Shown here one piece after another: positions 41,851-54,918 of a DNA stretch of 64,000 nt. Position 1 is the first letter of the stretch, and each line of letters begins with the position of its first letter. The position numbers and the translations under genes were made by a program. Location of the stretch: NCBI GenBank assembly GCA_964252035.1, contig OZ176203.1; one strand, 5' to 3'. A model generated the notes under the pieces. It saw only the letters and a program-made list of their open reading frames with translations. It had not been told where the DNA came from and made no database searches. Origin of the DNA: Podarcis erhardii. Lineage: Eukaryota.

Positions 41851-42137
41851 GTAAGATCACAATATTGTCCCCTTTACTTCATGTTATTTGGTTAGTGAAT
41901 ATTCATCAATGATTGCATTATTTTTATCTTGCTTTTCCCCTTAAGAACATTTGGTGTTGACATGTTTTTCTTTACTCTGTACGTTTGCTTTCTTTGAGAA
42001 GTGCAACTGGATGAACTTTATTAAAACAGCCTCCTCTACTGGTAGCATTAAAACATAAAAGATTTGCCTTTGCATATAGGCAAGGACTGCCGTTCATTAG
42101 TTGCCATTACAATTTATGCAGCACTAGCAGTGCTTTG

Positions 42138-42327
42138 ATGTTGGGAAAGATTGAGGGCACAAGAAAAAGGGGACAACAGAGGACGAGATGGTTCGACAGC
42201 ATTCTCGAAGCTACAAACATGAGTATGACCAAACTGCGGGAGGCAGTGGAAGACAGGAGTGCCTGGCGTGCTCTGGTCCATGGGGTCACAAAGAGTCGGA
42301 CACGACTAAACGACTAAACAACAACAA
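42138..42327 (+). mobile_element. 5'-truncated BovB LINE
   Basis: MLGKIEGTRKRGQQRTRWFDSILEATNMSMTKLREAVEDRSAWRALVHGVTKSRTRLND; (CAA) tail; 12-bp TSD AGCAGTGCTTTG. Confidence 0.9.
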
Positions 42328-43672
42328 AGCAGTGCTTTGCAAAGTTTTGGAAGTCCCTGCCTCTGTAATGAACTTACAATCTAAGATAGAGAGTGCGTGG
42401 AAAACAGATTAGAGCAAAGGGTAGTGAGGAATACATTTGAATCAGTGATATCAAACTTGGGTATATTGTGCATAAATTAAAAGAAATGTCTCATCCTTTC
42501 TAAAACCCTCTTCAACAACAACCAATAATGGGAGATGGGAGGAAGTCTAGCTGATTCTCAGAACTAAAGAAACACCTTAGCTTTGTCAACAACAATCACA
42601 CTAACTTCTTCCAGATGGAATAGAGAGCAAGCAAGTTTGCCATAAAACCAAGTTGTTTTTTCTTCTTTGTCCTTAACTTCCCACTAAATGAAAAACACCT
42701 CAGTCCAGCCGGTAAAGCACAATATATATTGTTACGTTTACAACTGTTTTACATGTTCACCTCTTTGTTTGGAAAGGATTTTCTTCACCTGTTGGCAGAA
42801 AAGTGAGAGGGCTGTGTAGGTAGGCATACATACTTTAGGAAAATAGGGCCAATTGTAGGACATCAACTTTAGGAAAATAGGGCCAATTGTTCCTGTGAAG
42901 TACTGCATTCAAAAAGCCAATTAATTGTTTTAGGACTTAAAACTTGAAGACAAAGTGTCACAATATGCTTTTGCAATCCATATATTTGTAAATTTAATTT
43001 TAAAAAAATCTGAAAAGAATATTTAGCTTTCCAAGGTATGTATAGTTGCTTGAAGTGTAAGTTAAGGGAGAGGGAGGGAGAAAGGAAACTGGATGTTGGG
43101 ATTGATGGAGAATAGTGAATTGACCTGCTCACAGCCCTAGTAGCTGATAGTAAGTGTTCTAAAAGGTGAATAACGTTTGTGGGGAGGGACACATGTCCTG
43201 AGGTTAATGTGCTCCCTGCCTTGCACTGTATACTTTCGGGTGGAAAGAAAGAGAAAACGCCATGGTTCTCATTCTCCAAAGGCCTCCCCCTCTTAAACAA
43301 CTATTTAAATGCGCAGATTCAGGGCTGGCTGTCGGCACCAAACAAAGCCCTCTAGCTTTGCATAGCACAGCAAAGAAAAAAGTATCAGAACAGAAAAAAT
43401 GAATTTTCTTCCTCTCTCTCCTCCCCCTCCATAGTGATGCAAATTGGGTAAAGGAGAGAGTTTTAAGTGGAGCTGAACTTGATTATATGGCATCATATTT
43501 CTTAAAAGAAACATATGTGATGAAGTGGTTTGTGATAATTTTTTTCAGTTTTGAGCATTATGTTAAACTGGTCCCATCTAAGGTATTCTTATCTCCCCCC
43601 CGCCCCCAATGCTAGGAAAGCTAATGATATTCTACTGACCCTGGTTAGACTTATTTGTTTACTTTTCTTTAG

Positions 43673-43812
43673 CAAGCAGACTTGATCTCCCTTGGGAAGG
43701 TGGTGTTGTCTTTGGCTTGCAATTCTCTGGCAGGAATTCAGAGGGAGAATTTGCAGAAAGCAATGGAACTGGTGACAATCAACTATTCCTCTGATTTGAA
43801 GAATCTTATTTT
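43673..43812 (+). CDS. PAN3: PAN3 exon 15 (140 bp; QADLISLGKVVLSLACNSLAGIQRENLQKAMELVTINYSSDLKNLI)
   Basis: tttag acceptor, gtaagt donor; conserved peptide. Confidence 0.95.
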
Positions 43813-44222
43813 GTAAGTTACTTTGAAATCAACTTATTTTTAAACTAGGCTAAAACGTGCCAGTGACAATTTGCTTACGGTTTGTTCATGCACATTGTTA
43901 AATTGGAAGTGGCGGTTCATGGGATGTTTCTACATCAAATGTGTGTGCACAAGATCCTCTCTTCCGTGATTAGTTTGACCTTGGTACAGCACCTATGTGG
44001 AAGGATTTCTGTATGACTGTTCAGATATAGAGGGATGGCGGTGAGTGGGGAAGGTATAGGAAGAAAATTAATTTACCCTCCTAATTAGGAACGTTGTGTA
44101 GCTGAATCTCTTGAGTTACTGTTGACTTGTGCTGAAATTAGCATGAACTTAAAAAAAAAAATCTTGTCCTTAACCTTGAACTTAAGCATTTTTCAGATCC
44201 TAATATATTTGTTGTTAGTAAA

Positions 44223-44438
44223 AGACAGAGGGCCTTCTCGGTAGTGGCGCCCACCCTGTGGAACACCCTCCCTTCAGATGTGAAGGAAATAAGCAGCTAT
44301 CCTATCTTTAAAAGACATCTGAAGGCAGCCCTGTTCAGGGAAGTTTTTAATATTCAACACTATACTGTTTTTAACACTTGATTGGGAGCCGCCCAGAGTG
44401 GCTAGGGAAACTCAGCCAGATGGGTGGGGTATAAATAA

Positions 44439-44493
<55 letters not shown>
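44223..44493 (+). mobile_element. LINE 3' remnant (L2-type) with a (TTA)n tail
   Basis: agggccttctcggtagtggcgcccaccctgtggaac..gccgcccagagtggct..ggtataaat followed by (TTA)n at 44438-44493. Confidence 0.65.
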
Positions 44494-44496
<3 letters not shown>

Positions 44497-44881
44497 CGGA
44501 GTTCAAATTCCCATTCTGCCATGAGGCAGTCACAACCTAATCTGCTTTATAATATTGTTGTGAGGATAAAACTTTGGAACCAGGTGTGCTGCCTGAAGTT
44601 CTTGGAAGAAGAACAGGATAAAAGGAAAAATGGAAAACAACTTTGCAGTACATCATCAGCCAGTCACATAAATAGAGCCTCGAATGTCACCTCCTAATGG
44701 TGCTACTGTCTTTCACATAGCTGCAGTGGCGTTAAATGTTCTGTATATGAAGTAGAGCTTTGTGCCATATTTTCGCTTTTATAGATTAATAAAATTAGCG
44801 TTCACAGATGGAACCTCTTTTAAAAGAAACTTATTTCTTTAGCCCTGTTTTTAAAGTAACTTTTAAAAACTGCCTTGTTAG

Positions 44882-45011
44882 GTATTTGCTGACTGACCAA
44901 AACAGGCTTCGAAGTGTAAATGATATCATGCCTATGATTGGTGCAAGATTCTATACTCAGTTGGATGCTGCCCAAATGAGAAATGATGTAATAGAAGAAG
45001 ACCTTGCAAAG
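44882..45011 (+). CDS. PAN3: PAN3 exon 16 (130 bp; YLLTDQNRLRSVNDIMPMIGARFYTQLDAAQMRNDVIEEDLAK)
   Basis: gttag acceptor, AAG|gtaaat donor; coiled-coil region. Confidence 0.95.
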
Positions 45012-46005
45012 GTAAATGCGAAGATAATGCACATTCATCTCTATTTTCTTAGGGAAGCTGATATTGCCAACAGGTTCCCAAAGTCTGTAAATGTAGTACG
45101 ATTGAGACCTGCCCATCTTGCCATAGGGTGATGTACCCATCTCTCTCCCCCCCCCCCCCATTGCTGTTTAAATGATAAGGCATTTGGGAAGATACTGTGT
45201 TACAGATCAGTGGTTTTCCAGCCTCAGAGTCTCCACAAATTTCACTTTGATCCATACATATTCACATACCTCATTGGCTAATAATCCTATTTAGTGGAAT
45301 GGTAAAGCAATTAACTTGTGCCCATTTTAGAAAGGCAATGGTGAGATGCAAGGTATCTCAGCTAAGATGCTAACTGGCTGGCAGTGTTTGAAACTCCCAT
45401 TTTTCTAGACGCATTTTGAGATAGGGAATTTCATTAGCATGAGCAGTTTCTGAGCTTTGGACGCAGTACTGCATGTAAGATTTCAGATTAAAACTGCAGA
45501 GTGGAAGGAAAGGAGGACCTTTTTCTGCTTCCCCACTTCCAGCTACTCTATGAAGACTGGAGGAGAGACCCTCTTAAGAATATTAGGGGGGTGGGCAGGG
45601 GAAGGACTAGACCATGTGAAAAGTGAACATAATATTTTAGCGGCAGTTCATTCATTTTCAGCTTCGTATTCTTGTTATTAAAAAAGCGGGCCTAGACATT
45701 CCATTGTTGTGCCCATAACCTGGGTTTAAGGTGCCGTTTAGCTCCTAGCTTTCATATCTCAGTTTCTAACACTGCCTGCCGAAGGGCACCTTGCCTTGCA
45801 GTGGTCTTCAAATAACAGCACTGATTGGAGCTCAAAATGGATCTTGGAGGCATGATGGAAATCGCTGCCCAGTGTTGTGATACAGCCTTCTGAAAAATGA
45901 AGGCAAACCTACGACTTAGATCATAAAGATGTGGAAGTATATGAAAGTATATGAAAGAGCAAAATATAGTGATTGTCAAGCTTTTATTTTTCTCTTGTCA
46001 TTTAG

Positions 46006-46070
46006 GAAGTTCAGAATGGAAGATTATTTCGGCTTCTTGCAAAATTGGGAACAATCAATGAGAGGCCAGA
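46006..46070 (+). CDS. PAN3: PAN3 exon 17 (65 bp; EVQNGRLFRLLAKLGTINERP)
   Basis: tttag acceptor, gtaagg donor. Confidence 0.95.
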
Positions 46071-46890
46071 GTAAGGAATTCAGCATTTTCTGCATCAGTG
46101 TGTTATAAAGAGGCACCACAAAGAGTCTTGAATGTTCACGCATGATGATGGACTTGCAAAGTATAGAAGCCTCTGAAAGATGGGCTAGGTTACTTTGGTC
46201 AGTTTGGTAGCACACTGTCCAGAACTTCTTTGTATGTGAATATGTGTTTACCACTCACTTTTCAGTTAGATAATAGATCCTGGTTTGAGGCTTGTCTGAA
46301 GATAGAGAATTATTAGTGCAAGGTGATGTTTCATAAGTTGCAAGATTTCAAACGATTTTAAAACTCCAAACTATTGGTGCATTCTTGGGAAGGTATTTCA
46401 GTTTTTTCTCCCAACAGCAGCAAATACTCTCCAAGTGCATACAGTTGCTACAGTGCCAACTCTGGAGACTGGGAACAGTAATTGATAATTGTAAAGATTG
46501 CATTCTCCTGGACACTGTAAGTCTGACCTCAATGACTAATGATGCCAAACGTAACCTTAAGCAATAGATTGTTTCATCCAGAGCATTAGGAACTGGTAGG
46601 GATTCCCCCCACCCCCCGCTTAAAAACCTTATTAACCTGGTTTTCAAAATCAGCTAAATTAGGATATCAGGAAAGAGATATGCAGCTTAGTTGCTTAAGA
46701 TGCTTTTAGCCCCATGAAAAGTTTGTTTTTAATTTTAAACTCTGGACTGAAGGGTGTATCACACATTCCTCCTCCTTAAATTGTGGTGGGGAATAACTTG
46801 CTACAAAGCAGAAACTTCTTCAGAAAACACTTAGTCTGAGATGTTTATGAACTTGTACTAAGAAACACAAAACGCTCTGTTTTACAATAG

Positions 46891-47029
46891 ATTTCAGAAG
46901 GACCCAACATGGTCAGAAACTGGAGACAGATACCTCCTGAAGCTGTTTAGGGATCATCTTTTTCATCAGGTGACAGAAACGGGCACTCCTTGGATAGACC
47001 TCAGTCACATTATCTCTTGTCTTAACAAG
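46891..47029 (+). CDS. PAN3: PAN3 exon 18 (139 bp; [46 protein letters not shown])
   Basis: aatag acceptor, AAG|gtaaat donor; C-terminal knob domain motif WSETGDRY. Confidence 0.95.
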
Positions 47030-47667
47030 GTAAATGAGTGACTGTATTTTACATTTATTGCAGATAAACTATGTAACTAGTCTGTCTTTCCTCCTCCTGT
47101 TATTTTTAATTGGGCTGCAAGCAAGTTGTCTTAAAGCAGATATGGTTCTCAAATTGGTCTTCAGCTGTGTGTGCAGGTGAGTTCACACGGTGTGCATGGT
47201 GGCGCTGTTAAAATGCCCTAGGTGTCAGTGGTGCAAATGAGTGCTTCATTGGCTGCATCAGAAGCAATGTTTGCATGTGAGACACACTGGCCTGGCTCAG
47301 ATAGGACACTAAACCCTAGCTTTGTGGTACAGTGATGCATTGCAGGGAGTCTTGGACTTGCCTGCTCCCCTCTTCATCTGTGTTTTAAAACTAACTGGCT
47401 CTACATCTGTCAAGGACAAATTGTTTGTAGTTTAAACTGTGGTTTATTGAAATATGCTAGGATCAAACCATGGTTTCTGACCACGAATTGTTTCCATAAA
47501 AAACGTAGTTTAAACCTACTGGTTTGTTTTTGTCAGATGTGACAAACTGTGCTCAGCTTAAAAAGCAAATTATTCCAGTTTGGTGGCTGCGCTGGAGGAG
47601 GAGAAAGGAGGAAAGGGGAGCATGAGCTCAGAGGTAAACCAGGCTTTCCCCTGTTGTGGTGCTAAAC

Positions 47668-47806
47668 CAGGCATCCCCAAACTTGGCCTTCCAGATGTTT
47701 TGGGACTGCAACTCCCATCATCCCTGACCACTGGTCCTGTTAGCTAGGGATGATGGGAGTTGTAGTCCCAAAACATCTGGAGTTTGGCCGAGTTTGGGGG
47801 TGCCTG
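47668..47806. mobile_element. Palindromic hAT-derived MITE, 139 bp
   Basis: CAGGCATCCCCAAACT / AGTTTGGGGGTGCCTG ends; interior nearly fully self-complementary; TSD TGCTAAAC/TGCTAAAT (7/8). Confidence 0.8.
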
Positions 47807-48229
47807 TGCTAAATTGTGGTTTAGCTTTACATCTGAACCCTGGCCTCTCTTGTACATATTCAGTGAAAATTCTATTGTGCCTAGTTCAAAACGGTTAACC
47901 TCTTACTATTAAATTCAGAAGCTGATAGGGATCTCTACGTTCAGTTTAGACTTTAAGGAACAAAATGCCTAATGCACGTAGACTAGACCAATCCCTATCT
48001 TTTGCCAGTCCTCTTGCCCTAAAGCTATTTGTTGTGTTGTGTTGTGTGGTTTATGAATGATTGCCTGTTTGACTATTCCCACTTGTCGTGTAATCCTGCA
48101 TATGGAAAACTACTACATGCTGAATGATTTTGAAGGTCCTTTCAGCGAATCCTATAGTTTTAACTGTGCACTGTGTGACAAAGTACTTTTCTTTTGTCCT
48201 GAAACTTTCATTGGATGGCCCTGGGATCT

Positions 48230-48785
48230 AGTATTATGAGGGGGAGAAAAACATCTCCATCCATTCCCCCCTCACACACATAATTTTATACAGCTCTTAT
48301 CATAACCCCTCCTTACTCCCCCCCGCCCACCAATAAAAAGCTCCAAATAGTGCAATCTTGCCTCATAGGGGAGTTGCTCCAGCCCCTTGATGGTTTTGGT
48401 TGCCCTTTTCTGCACCTTTCCCAGGTCCACAGTATACTTTCTGAGGTGTGGTGACCATTATTACACATCATTGAAATTGCAGGTATTCCATAGATCTGGA
48501 TAATGGCATTATGACATAGGCAGCTTTAATTTCAATCCCTTCCCTAGCAAGCCCTAATTTACCCTTTTTGCAGCTGTCACATCCTGGGTCGATATTTTTA
48601 TTGAGCTGCCCACCCCTGACCCCACCACATTCCTTCTTGTGCTGCCTCAGAGGGGTTCCCCGCCTCCTGGAGCAGATTTTTAGTGGGCACCCGAGGCTGC
48701 AAGGAGACGTTGATTGGAGTTGCAGGCAGAACTCTATATTCAGGATGCTCCCACCACGTGAGCACACCCCAAGATCCCAGCCAAA
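48230..48785 (-). mobile_element. Degenerate CR1 RT C-terminal fragment
   Basis: Minus ORF 48468-48767 contains EGIEIKAAYVIMPLSRSM, a decayed CR1 GIENKxxxIIMPLYKSM motif. Confidence 0.65.
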
Positions 48786-48850
48786 GCCATTAGTTTTGTA
48801 AATATGGTATCAAGTCCTACTAATGGAAGTTTTCTGCCCTTTGATTTCAG

Positions 48851-48991
48851 CTAGATGCTGGTGTGCCAGAAAAAATAAGCCTCATTTCCAGAGATGAGAA
48901 GAGTGTACTTGTGGTGACGTATAGTGACCTAAAACGCTGCTTTGAAAATACTTTTCAAGAACTGATTGCAGCCGCGAACGGCCAGTTGTAG
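48851..48991 (+). CDS. PAN3: PAN3 exon 19, terminal coding part (LDAGVPEKISLISRDEKSVLVVTYSDLKRCFENTFQELIAAANGQL*)
   Basis: ttcag acceptor; TAG stop at 48989-48991; matches recalled human C-terminus. Confidence 0.95.
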   Translation, partial: LDAGVPEKISLISRDEKSVLVVTYSDLKRCFENTFQELIAAANGQL

Positions 48992-51845
48992 TACTTGCTG
49001 AAAGCATGCAGGACGTTGCTGAAGAACATAACTAATAGCAAATTGCACTACAGCTGATTGTCGTCATCTCATTTCACATTTTGGGAAACAAAACAGCAGG
49101 AGATGTTGCACTTCAGTCAGGTACACTGTTACTTGAAGGGAAGAATGTTTTTGCTTACCCTTGAGCTCTGGCTGCCATTGGAGGCTTTATCTGTGAAGAA
49201 TTTACTTTAAAATAAGGAACGCATCAGGAGTATGATGTTCCTGCTTTTATTTTTTCCACTCGTATATGCACTAATTTTAATTTTTTTAAGACTTTTCTGA
49301 TCTCTGATGTTTTGCCACATTGGATACTTACTAAGGGAATCTCTTTGCAAGGACATTTCTGGGATTTTTATTTTATTTTTTGCCACTGAACATACTGCGG
49401 AATTTATTTGTTTTGATATTATTTGCACCCCAGAATACTATAAAGGACCAGGTGAATAATTTCATAGAAATTGTGTTCTGTAAATTTACAGTGTAGCTTG
49501 TAACCTCTGTAAAACCGTGTCTTATGCCACCCACTGTTAGGTTCACCAATCAAAACCAGAAGATGCATATTTTTTTAAAAAAGGAAGAAAAAAATCAAGT
49601 TGGGTATTATAGAAATCTCACATGTAAAATCCCCTTTTATTTGGCTGAAGCTTTGTCTAAGCAAAGCAGCACCATTTTGAGATCTGTAACTTTGAGAGCA
49701 TATCCCAGTTGCTCTAAACACAACCAGCGCCTTTTAAATAAAATACCTGTTTGTATATTTTACTGCTAGTCAGATGCATTCACATTTATGCAATTTTTAA
49801 TAGAATTTTTAAAAGGAATTGTGTTACAGACCTGAGGATTCAGGAGTTTATTCATTTAATTTACTTATGGTATCCTTTTTTTGTATAAAGTTTTGTTCTT
49901 TGAACCACAGCTTTATTATGGTACTTTACACTGGATACAGATACAAAGACACTGTTTGGAAGATTAACTACACACAGCAGTTGTCTGGCATCAAGAGCTT
50001 TTGAAGTTTTATAGCCTGATTCTGGAAGAATGGTGGTCTGCTGTGCCTTTGCAGTCACTGCTTAGCCCAAAGTAATATTACTTTTGATAATACTCAACAC
50101 ATGAATATTCAGTCTTCAAGCCTGGGATTTCTTTCCCCACAATTAACTTTCTGATATTGGACCTGCATTTGTCCGCAAGCTTGGGTATTCAAGGGAATTT
50201 GTAGTGGAACACCTACACTTTGATACTGAAGACTGCCAAATACGTATAATTTCCCCCCTTTCTTAAAGCAGTAGTGAAGACTGTATATCTGCATCCTTTT
50301 CCCAGCACTGAATGTTTTAATAGCACTGCGTGCTCACCATGAAGACAATGCGGAAACTCTCTCCCAAAGGTGTCAGGACAGACTCAAAGCACTTGCAACT
50401 GATGTTACTGGCACCCATTTTATTAATTCTCAATATTTGTAATTTCAGGTGAATTTTTAATAATTCTGTCCAGTTTTATAAGCTTTAATGATGACACTCC
50501 TTTAGATTTGCCTCAAGGAAAGCAGTGCTCTTCAGAAGGAATGCTGTGGAAGACTAGGGACACCTGTTGCGCCTCTAAATGAGAAATTGCAGAGCCTGCG
50601 GTTTGGTAGCATAAATAAAATCAGTTGTTTTATCTGGAAAAAAATTTAAATGGAGCATAATGTTTAATATTGAGAAGAGAACAGTTGCCACACTGTTGTT
50701 CTTTTTTTTAATGTCCAAAGGAACAGGGACTTTGAGATACGAACCTGGCAACCAGTCTTTTATCATTCGCTCATGTATATGAGGAAGAGCAGCTGTCTTT
50801 TTATATGTTTTTGAAAAATCATATTGTAATTCTTTTGTACAAAAAGTAGTACTTGTATTCTAGAAGAAATATTGAATGCTTAATTTATATGCGGGCTGAG
50901 GCTTTTTCTTTTCTTTTCTTTTCCCCACTGTTGTTTTCTTTGAAAATGAAAGGGATCATCTCTTCAGTTGCGGGAACTGGGAACCTTTGACGGATTATTT
51001 TGTGGACCAATATTTTGGGAAAAGCAAAGGGGGGGGGGTGTTTGTAATGCAGGGCCTTCAGTCTCATCCTTTCTGTACCAACATGCCCACCTCTGAAACG
51101 GCAAGTTGCATTTTGCTTATTTGTCTCATTCTGTAAGTGTACATTGCTTTAGCCCCAGTAATCTCAGGACTTGGTTTAAGGTTAAAAAAAAAAATAATTT
51201 TGAAAAGAGAGCAGAGAGCCAATAAGTTTCCATAAGTAAACGCCATCCAAGAAATTTCTGCTGTTGGGTAATGCATAGAACAATGTGGAGTATTGTTTGT
51301 TTTTATTTGGTCTGTTTTGGAATTTTCTGCTTTGGTGTTTTTTTGGGGAGAGCCCTTCTACTCCAATATAATTCCATTTAGAAGGCTGTCCAGAAACTAG
51401 CATGTTCCACTCATTGGAAGAGTTATGTATGTAATCCCTAAAACAGCGCAGCAATGTTTTTCTTAAACAAGGCATACTTTTTTCATGCGGGGAAATGATT
51501 CTGACCTTCCTATCTTTACAGCTGAAAGCACAGAAAGGACAGCCTTTTGAAATCATGTGATGTTAGTCCATTTAAATTTTCTTACCTGTTCTTAGGTTGC
51601 TTGTTTGGGTTTTTGTTTTTGCTACACTGTAAATACTTTATTCGGGGTACATAATGTCTTTCTTTTCCTTCTAATTTTCCCTTGTTCCAGTAAAGTTTTA
51701 GACGTGAACAGCTTCCCCTAAAAAGCACCAGTGTTACATTCTGATGTCATGATCCCACTCTGTGTTACCTTTTAATCTTGTTTTTCATTCTTTTCATGTG
51801 TACAGCAGTATTTTTAATAAAGAATACCAGAAATAACACAGCCTT
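48992..51845 (+). other. PAN3: Probable PAN3 3' UTR; candidate polyA signals AATAAA near 49737, 50614 and at 51816-51821
   Basis: AT-rich, nearly TE-free stretch after the stop; the end point is inferred from the distal AATAAA only. Confidence 0.5.
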
Positions 51846-54299
51846 CTTTTGAGCATGCAAAGGTGTGGGTATTGTGTGCCACTTCTTGTGTAGTTGACTT
51901 AAACTATATTTTACTCCACCCCACTCTACTGCAGGGTTTGTGGAACAGTGTTTGGCTTGCAAGCATTGTTTATCTGGTGTTCAGATATAGTATACAGTCT
52001 CAAGAGAACAGTGATGTGCATTTCTTGCTGATAGGCAAATGGCAGAGCTGGCCTGTTCGTTATCAAACTGACTCCAGATGCTGAAGTAGTCCGAAACCTC
52101 TGAAAACTGCTTTTTAAATAAGTTCCACTTTTGTTTGAGCTCCCATATCAGATTAAGATACATTTGGCAATTTACTTCTTGGAAAATTATGCATGAGTTT
52201 TATGTAGTTTTCCATTTTTTATTGATTTGAACTATTAACTGAAAAAAATATATATTAAGGCATGGTCAAGGCCTTTGAACCTTCAAACCTCCCTGTGATA
52301 TGTTTTATATAAAATGTAAAAAGTCATAGAACTTTATACAATTGCATAAAATTGCCAGTATGCCTTTTTCTTTGCATAAATTAATCTGGACCACCTGTTG
52401 CTTGAAATGAATTTTGTTTAGAAAGTTCATTTTGCAAGTAGGCTAAAATGAAAGTTGCAGCAAGTTTTGCTTTGTACTCTTATCTCTGGCAGTCAGAGGG
52501 CAGAAAAATTTTAGGATCCTGCCAGATATTTTTTTAAACCTGCAAAAAGTCTGCAAGACCAGTTTTCATCTTTACACCTTCTAAAAGTGCATGTGTGGCC
52601 TTGCTGTACATTGTCCCTGGGTTTTCTTTCTCAAGCTGGAGTATGCTTAACAGGAGAAGCTCCAAGGGCTTCACCTTGTGTAGTATTTTGTGAGCATGTG
52701 GGTTGCAAAAGCATGCTTGCACATCATACTGGCCCATGTGCCAGAGGATAAGGCTTGTCTTCAACTCCTTTCTACAGCTACACACGATGGCAAGCACATC
52801 TTTCCTGCTGACAGCTTTGAATTCAAACAATGCCTTGGGCAAGTACAGAATTCTGTGCATGCAACTGCATATAGACCATGGAGAAAAAACTCACCTTTAG
52901 AAGGGCCCAATGATCCACAGAATGAAGAAGCATCTCTTTATCACACTACCAGTGACTTAGCTTGAATTCATCCCCTTGAAATAAGGTCGAACTTCTGACA
53001 GGCCTTGACAAATACTTTGGCTACTTGAAATTGCTGCTTCAAGCCAAAACCAACCAATTCAGTGAGACACTTCTGCAACATTATGGAACTATTATAAACA
53101 CAAGCAAACCAATAATCTCTCAAATGGAGCTTGGAAATAAATTTTATTGTGAAACTTTAGGAAGCATATGTAAAAATAGACGGTAAAAGTTAAGGCACAA
53201 GTAGGAGATATTTACATCCAGTTAAAGAGTGCTTTTTAAATTCCAGTTTTTTAAAAAAGGTTCATTAAAAGCATTAGATTTGAATATAAAAAATATTTGT
53301 TTTTACAACTACTAATGCCCTACATGAAAATAAACTCAGGAGTTTCACTCCTCAGCTCTTTATAGATCCATTGGCTTTAATAATAGAGTCATGGCTGAAT
53401 AGTTGGCTGATGTTCCATCTGATGAAAGAGCACAAAGGTTACAGACTTACGGCTTTAGAAACTGAGTGTTCTAAAATTCTCCAGCACCCAAACACTCTTC
53501 ACTCTATTGGCCTTGATCCAGCTCAGGTTAATTGTGACAAATTGTCATTGAAACCAATGAATCAAGTTTAGGCATAACCAAGTTGGAACAGCAGGACCGA
53601 CATCAGCTGCTTTTATAGAACAGCTATCATGGTAGCTTACTGGTCAACCAAGGCAATGGTTCACTACCATAACTACCTGCCTCTTGGCAAAATGAATCTA
53701 GCAGCACACTCTTATCACTAAATAAATTCAATAGTTGCAATAGCAGCAGCACAAGATTCAACAGGTATTTCAGACAGTGCAAAGCTGCAGCTGGGTGCAG
53801 GTTTTATTGCTGATTAGCTACAGCAGGTTGGCCTGATGCTATGTGCCTCTGCTGTCACTTGCAGATGGGAGTATAAAAGCAGGCTATAGTATAATAGATA
53901 CATAGAGAACTGTGTGTTCTCTCATGGAAAATACTAAGATGCTGTGCCAGGGTGTCCCCAGTATTGCCTCAAGAAAACCTGAATTCTACCTGTGTTTATT
54001 GTGCATATTTACTTTGTGCAGTGTATATGTTGCTTCAGCAAGCTACAAGGTAAAGAGCTATGCAGGGAGCTGAGGCTCCAACACCCTCTGTATGGTTTTG
54101 AAATGTTTAATAAGGTATTGCAGAGCTACCCTTGCCCCTGATGCATTCATTGTGTCCCTGTTACATCTGCTTGAACTGTTTCTACGGAACACACTCCTTC
54201 AAAAGCTGAAATAATTCCACAGCAGCACGAGAGCAAAATTGGTATGTATCTACAAAACTCTGTGGGTTAAATAAAAGTGCAATCTCCCTTAAGCATATA

Positions 54300-54558
54300 C
54301 TGTATTTTTCGCTCTATAAGACGCACCAGGCCACAAGACGCACCTAGTTTTTGGAGGAGGAAAACAAGAAAAAAAATATTCTGAATCTCAGAAGCCAGAA
54401 CAGCAAGAGGGATCGCTGCGCAGTGAAAGCAGCAATCCCTCTTGCTGCTCTGGCTTCTGGGATAGCTGTGCAGCCTGCATTTGCTCCATAAGACGCATAC
54501 ACATTTCCCCTTACTTTTTAGGAGGGAAAAAGTGAGTCTTATAGAGCAAAAAATACAG
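54300..54558. mobile_element. Tigger/pogo-like MITE, 259 bp, in the presumed FLT1 3' UTR; contains a 31-bp hairpin stem
   Basis: CTGTATTTTTCG / CAAAAAATACAG TIRs; left TA, right CA; shares subterminal sequence with the copies at 23150 and 27863. Confidence 0.85.
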
Positions 54559-54918
54559 CAACTATGTAGACCAGAAGCAGCTTCTAGCCTGGTCAGTTTC
54601 ACCATCCTCCCATAGCATTGCCTGAGACAAGTGTAAGGATCTGTACTTAGGAAGTGAGAGAAATACAGTGCACAGAAATACAGTGAGAGAAATACAGGGC
54701 TCCCTCCCTGCTGTTCCCCTCACACATTTGAATAGTTACTGGGTTCCTGCCGTTGGGTGGAAGCTAGTGCTACAGCCCAGAAATAGCCTGTACTCTACAG
54801 GGGTGCTGTTGGGTCAGTGAGTAGCAGGAAGGAGCGTTCAGTATTTTAAATGGTGATAGTGAAGAGATGCAGCTCAGTGGAGGAGCAGCTGCTTTGAGTA
54901 GTTCAAAGTCCTTCCTTG

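Noticed and set aside
44398-44697. 99-aa ORF with a poly-Leu run resembling a signal peptide
   Set aside because: Translation of the (TTA)n microsatellite tail of a LINE remnant
52534-52965. 108-aa and 91-aa ORFs between PAN3 and FLT1
   Set aside because: No recognisable domain or splice context; probably FLT1 3' UTR sequence
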